Source: Lytechinus pictus (taxonomy: Eukaryota). Taken from it: 64,000 nt of DNA. Position numbers and translations under genes: made by a program. Shown one piece after another: positions 62,298 to 64,000 of this stretch; within the stretch, counting starts at the first letter, position 1, and every line of letters begins with the position of its first letter. The stretch spans positions 23,808,001 through 23,872,000 of the forward strand of contig NC_087250.1 in NCBI RefSeq assembly GCF_037042905.1, in the 5' to 3' direction. The notes under the pieces were generated by a model that worked only from the letters and a program-made list of their open reading frames with translations, did no database searches and was not told where the DNA came from.

Positions 62298-64000
62298 GTG
62301 AGTAATCGAAACCATTATTATCCCTTTTTAATATTAATTGAATTCAGGTATTCATTTTGTAATATTTTCACTACCAAAGGCTGCATCTATTTAAAAGAGG
62401 TATTGAATGTGGTCCCACATACCCAGATTCATGTATGATTCATATTATAAGGGCACTCACACTATTGCGAGGTTATTATATTCTATACGAACCTCGCACA
62501 ACCATCGTAATTCGTATTTTTGTAGTGGATTTTAGAGTTGTCGTTAACATCGCTTCATAACGTGAATGATGTTAGCCGAAACCCATTCCGCTACTCACCA
62601 GTGCTTTTTATGGTATAAAGTCACTATAAACTAAGTCTAAAGCGTTCCATTTTCAATTTTTAACATATTTTTTTAATTCAAAAGGACACAAAAAAGAGCA
62701 AAATCGCTTACCTCCGCCTGGAAAGTGGCTTCGCACGTCTCTTCCACGGAAATAAAAAGGAGGTCGTTGGTGGCGCTAATACAGTTCACAACCTTAATTC
62801 AGCTGTGTGTTTTTTTTTAAACTAGATTCATTGTTTGCGCAATTCCAATAGGGTAATTGTTTGATAAAATAGAGACCCCAATAAATGCAATAACTTAAAA
62901 AACATACTTTTTTATTATTTTTGCTGACGATAATACTTTTTGGAAAATATTCAAAACGATGACAAATTAAACAAAAAATATAGAAAATTCTATGTACCTT
63001 GAACAAAGCCCCGCAAGTGCTACCGTTCGTTTGTCAATTAACGTTCCACCAAAGTCTTTACAGTAAAAAGATTGAATACTATGCCGACTTCGCGTAACAC
63101 TTTGCATCGATTTACGTGTAAGATGATTTCTGTGTCTAGTCTTTCAATTGTAGTGTCTTTGATATGAAGATAAATCGCGCGCCCTCTTTCGCTCATTAGA
63201 CGAAAAATTTGAGAGCTAGAAAGGTAGCTCTCGTATTTTGTCAATGAGAAGAAAAATCAACGCTTAAATGACGCATTTTGAGGGATATTCATCAAATTAT
63301 GAGGAATTGACTTCACATCGTTTCGTAAGTTTCTTAGGAGGTCTTCATTCTGTAAGTCCTCGTATTAATTTTTCGTAAATTAATGTTATTTGTTGAATGC
63401 GCCGTGCCTTCAATTATTCTCTAGTCGGCGGCTGAGATGTAGCCGTGGGTGGTATAAGGGAAGTTCCCCTTTGGCTTTGCTGTTTTTCGGAGATCAACCA
63501 AATGTCCAAAAAATGCAGGTGGAAAAAACTCAGATTATATCTTTTCCAGGGTAAAAGGACAACAAATACCTGTTGAATTAATTAGCATGCATCTCTAACT
63601 TTTAGTACCTATTAAACTCCTAAGTATGTACGCCTGGCCTGTATGCATGGGAACGAAACTCGATCAAGAGAAAGATCAACAGACAACAAGACCAAAAAAT
63701 TTTGGCGAAAAGCAAAAGCGAAGACATCCTTGAATGTTGAAGACTTGAAATTTGAGAACAATTGATTGGATAAACAATTGAAGAAAAAAAATTGCTGCTT
63801 CCTCTGCAACTCACAACAGTCCAAAGTAGTCTGTTCTCGGTCTTTAGACTCTAGAGACTTTGGTATAAAGTATAACCTTGATTGTTTTTTTTTATTCACG
63901 AGAGTGCTCAAAAGTATAAACTCTGATCACCTTACATCTAGCGAATAAAAACGTCTTGTCCTGGCAATTCTTTTTTTTTGTAAGACCATTTACAAAAAAA

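Overview
AT-rich, intron-containing animal genomic DNA. The repeat landscape (tRNA-SINE, CR1/L2-type LINE relics, many MITEs) suggests a marine invertebrate deuterostome such as a sea urchin; this organism call is inference. Splicing exons by hand gave the following genes. (1) A head-to-head pair of paralogous death-domain/TIR genes. The minus-strand gene (15785-7289, 6 exons, 584 aa) is DD-DD-TIR-RHIM-like-DD, and its last DD resembles the MyD88 DD. The plus-strand gene (21354-30972, 5 coding exons, 408 aa) is DD-DD-TIR-tail. A GC-rich stretch between them contains a consensus NF-kB site (GGGGATTCCCC, 16050-16060). (2) PIGV (minus, 3 exons). (3) TADA3 (plus, 9 exons). (4) A single-C2H2-finger gene (minus). 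(5) Exon 1 of PXMP4 (plus). The window also holds three LINE fragments, a SINE, an EnSpm/CMC-like satellite-filled element, a fold-back family with 9-bp TSDs (49 bp and 536 bp members), many MITEs and two assembly gaps. The best candidate for an undescribed system is the divergent DD-TIR pair. All domain calls are by-eye and need HMM or structure confirmation.
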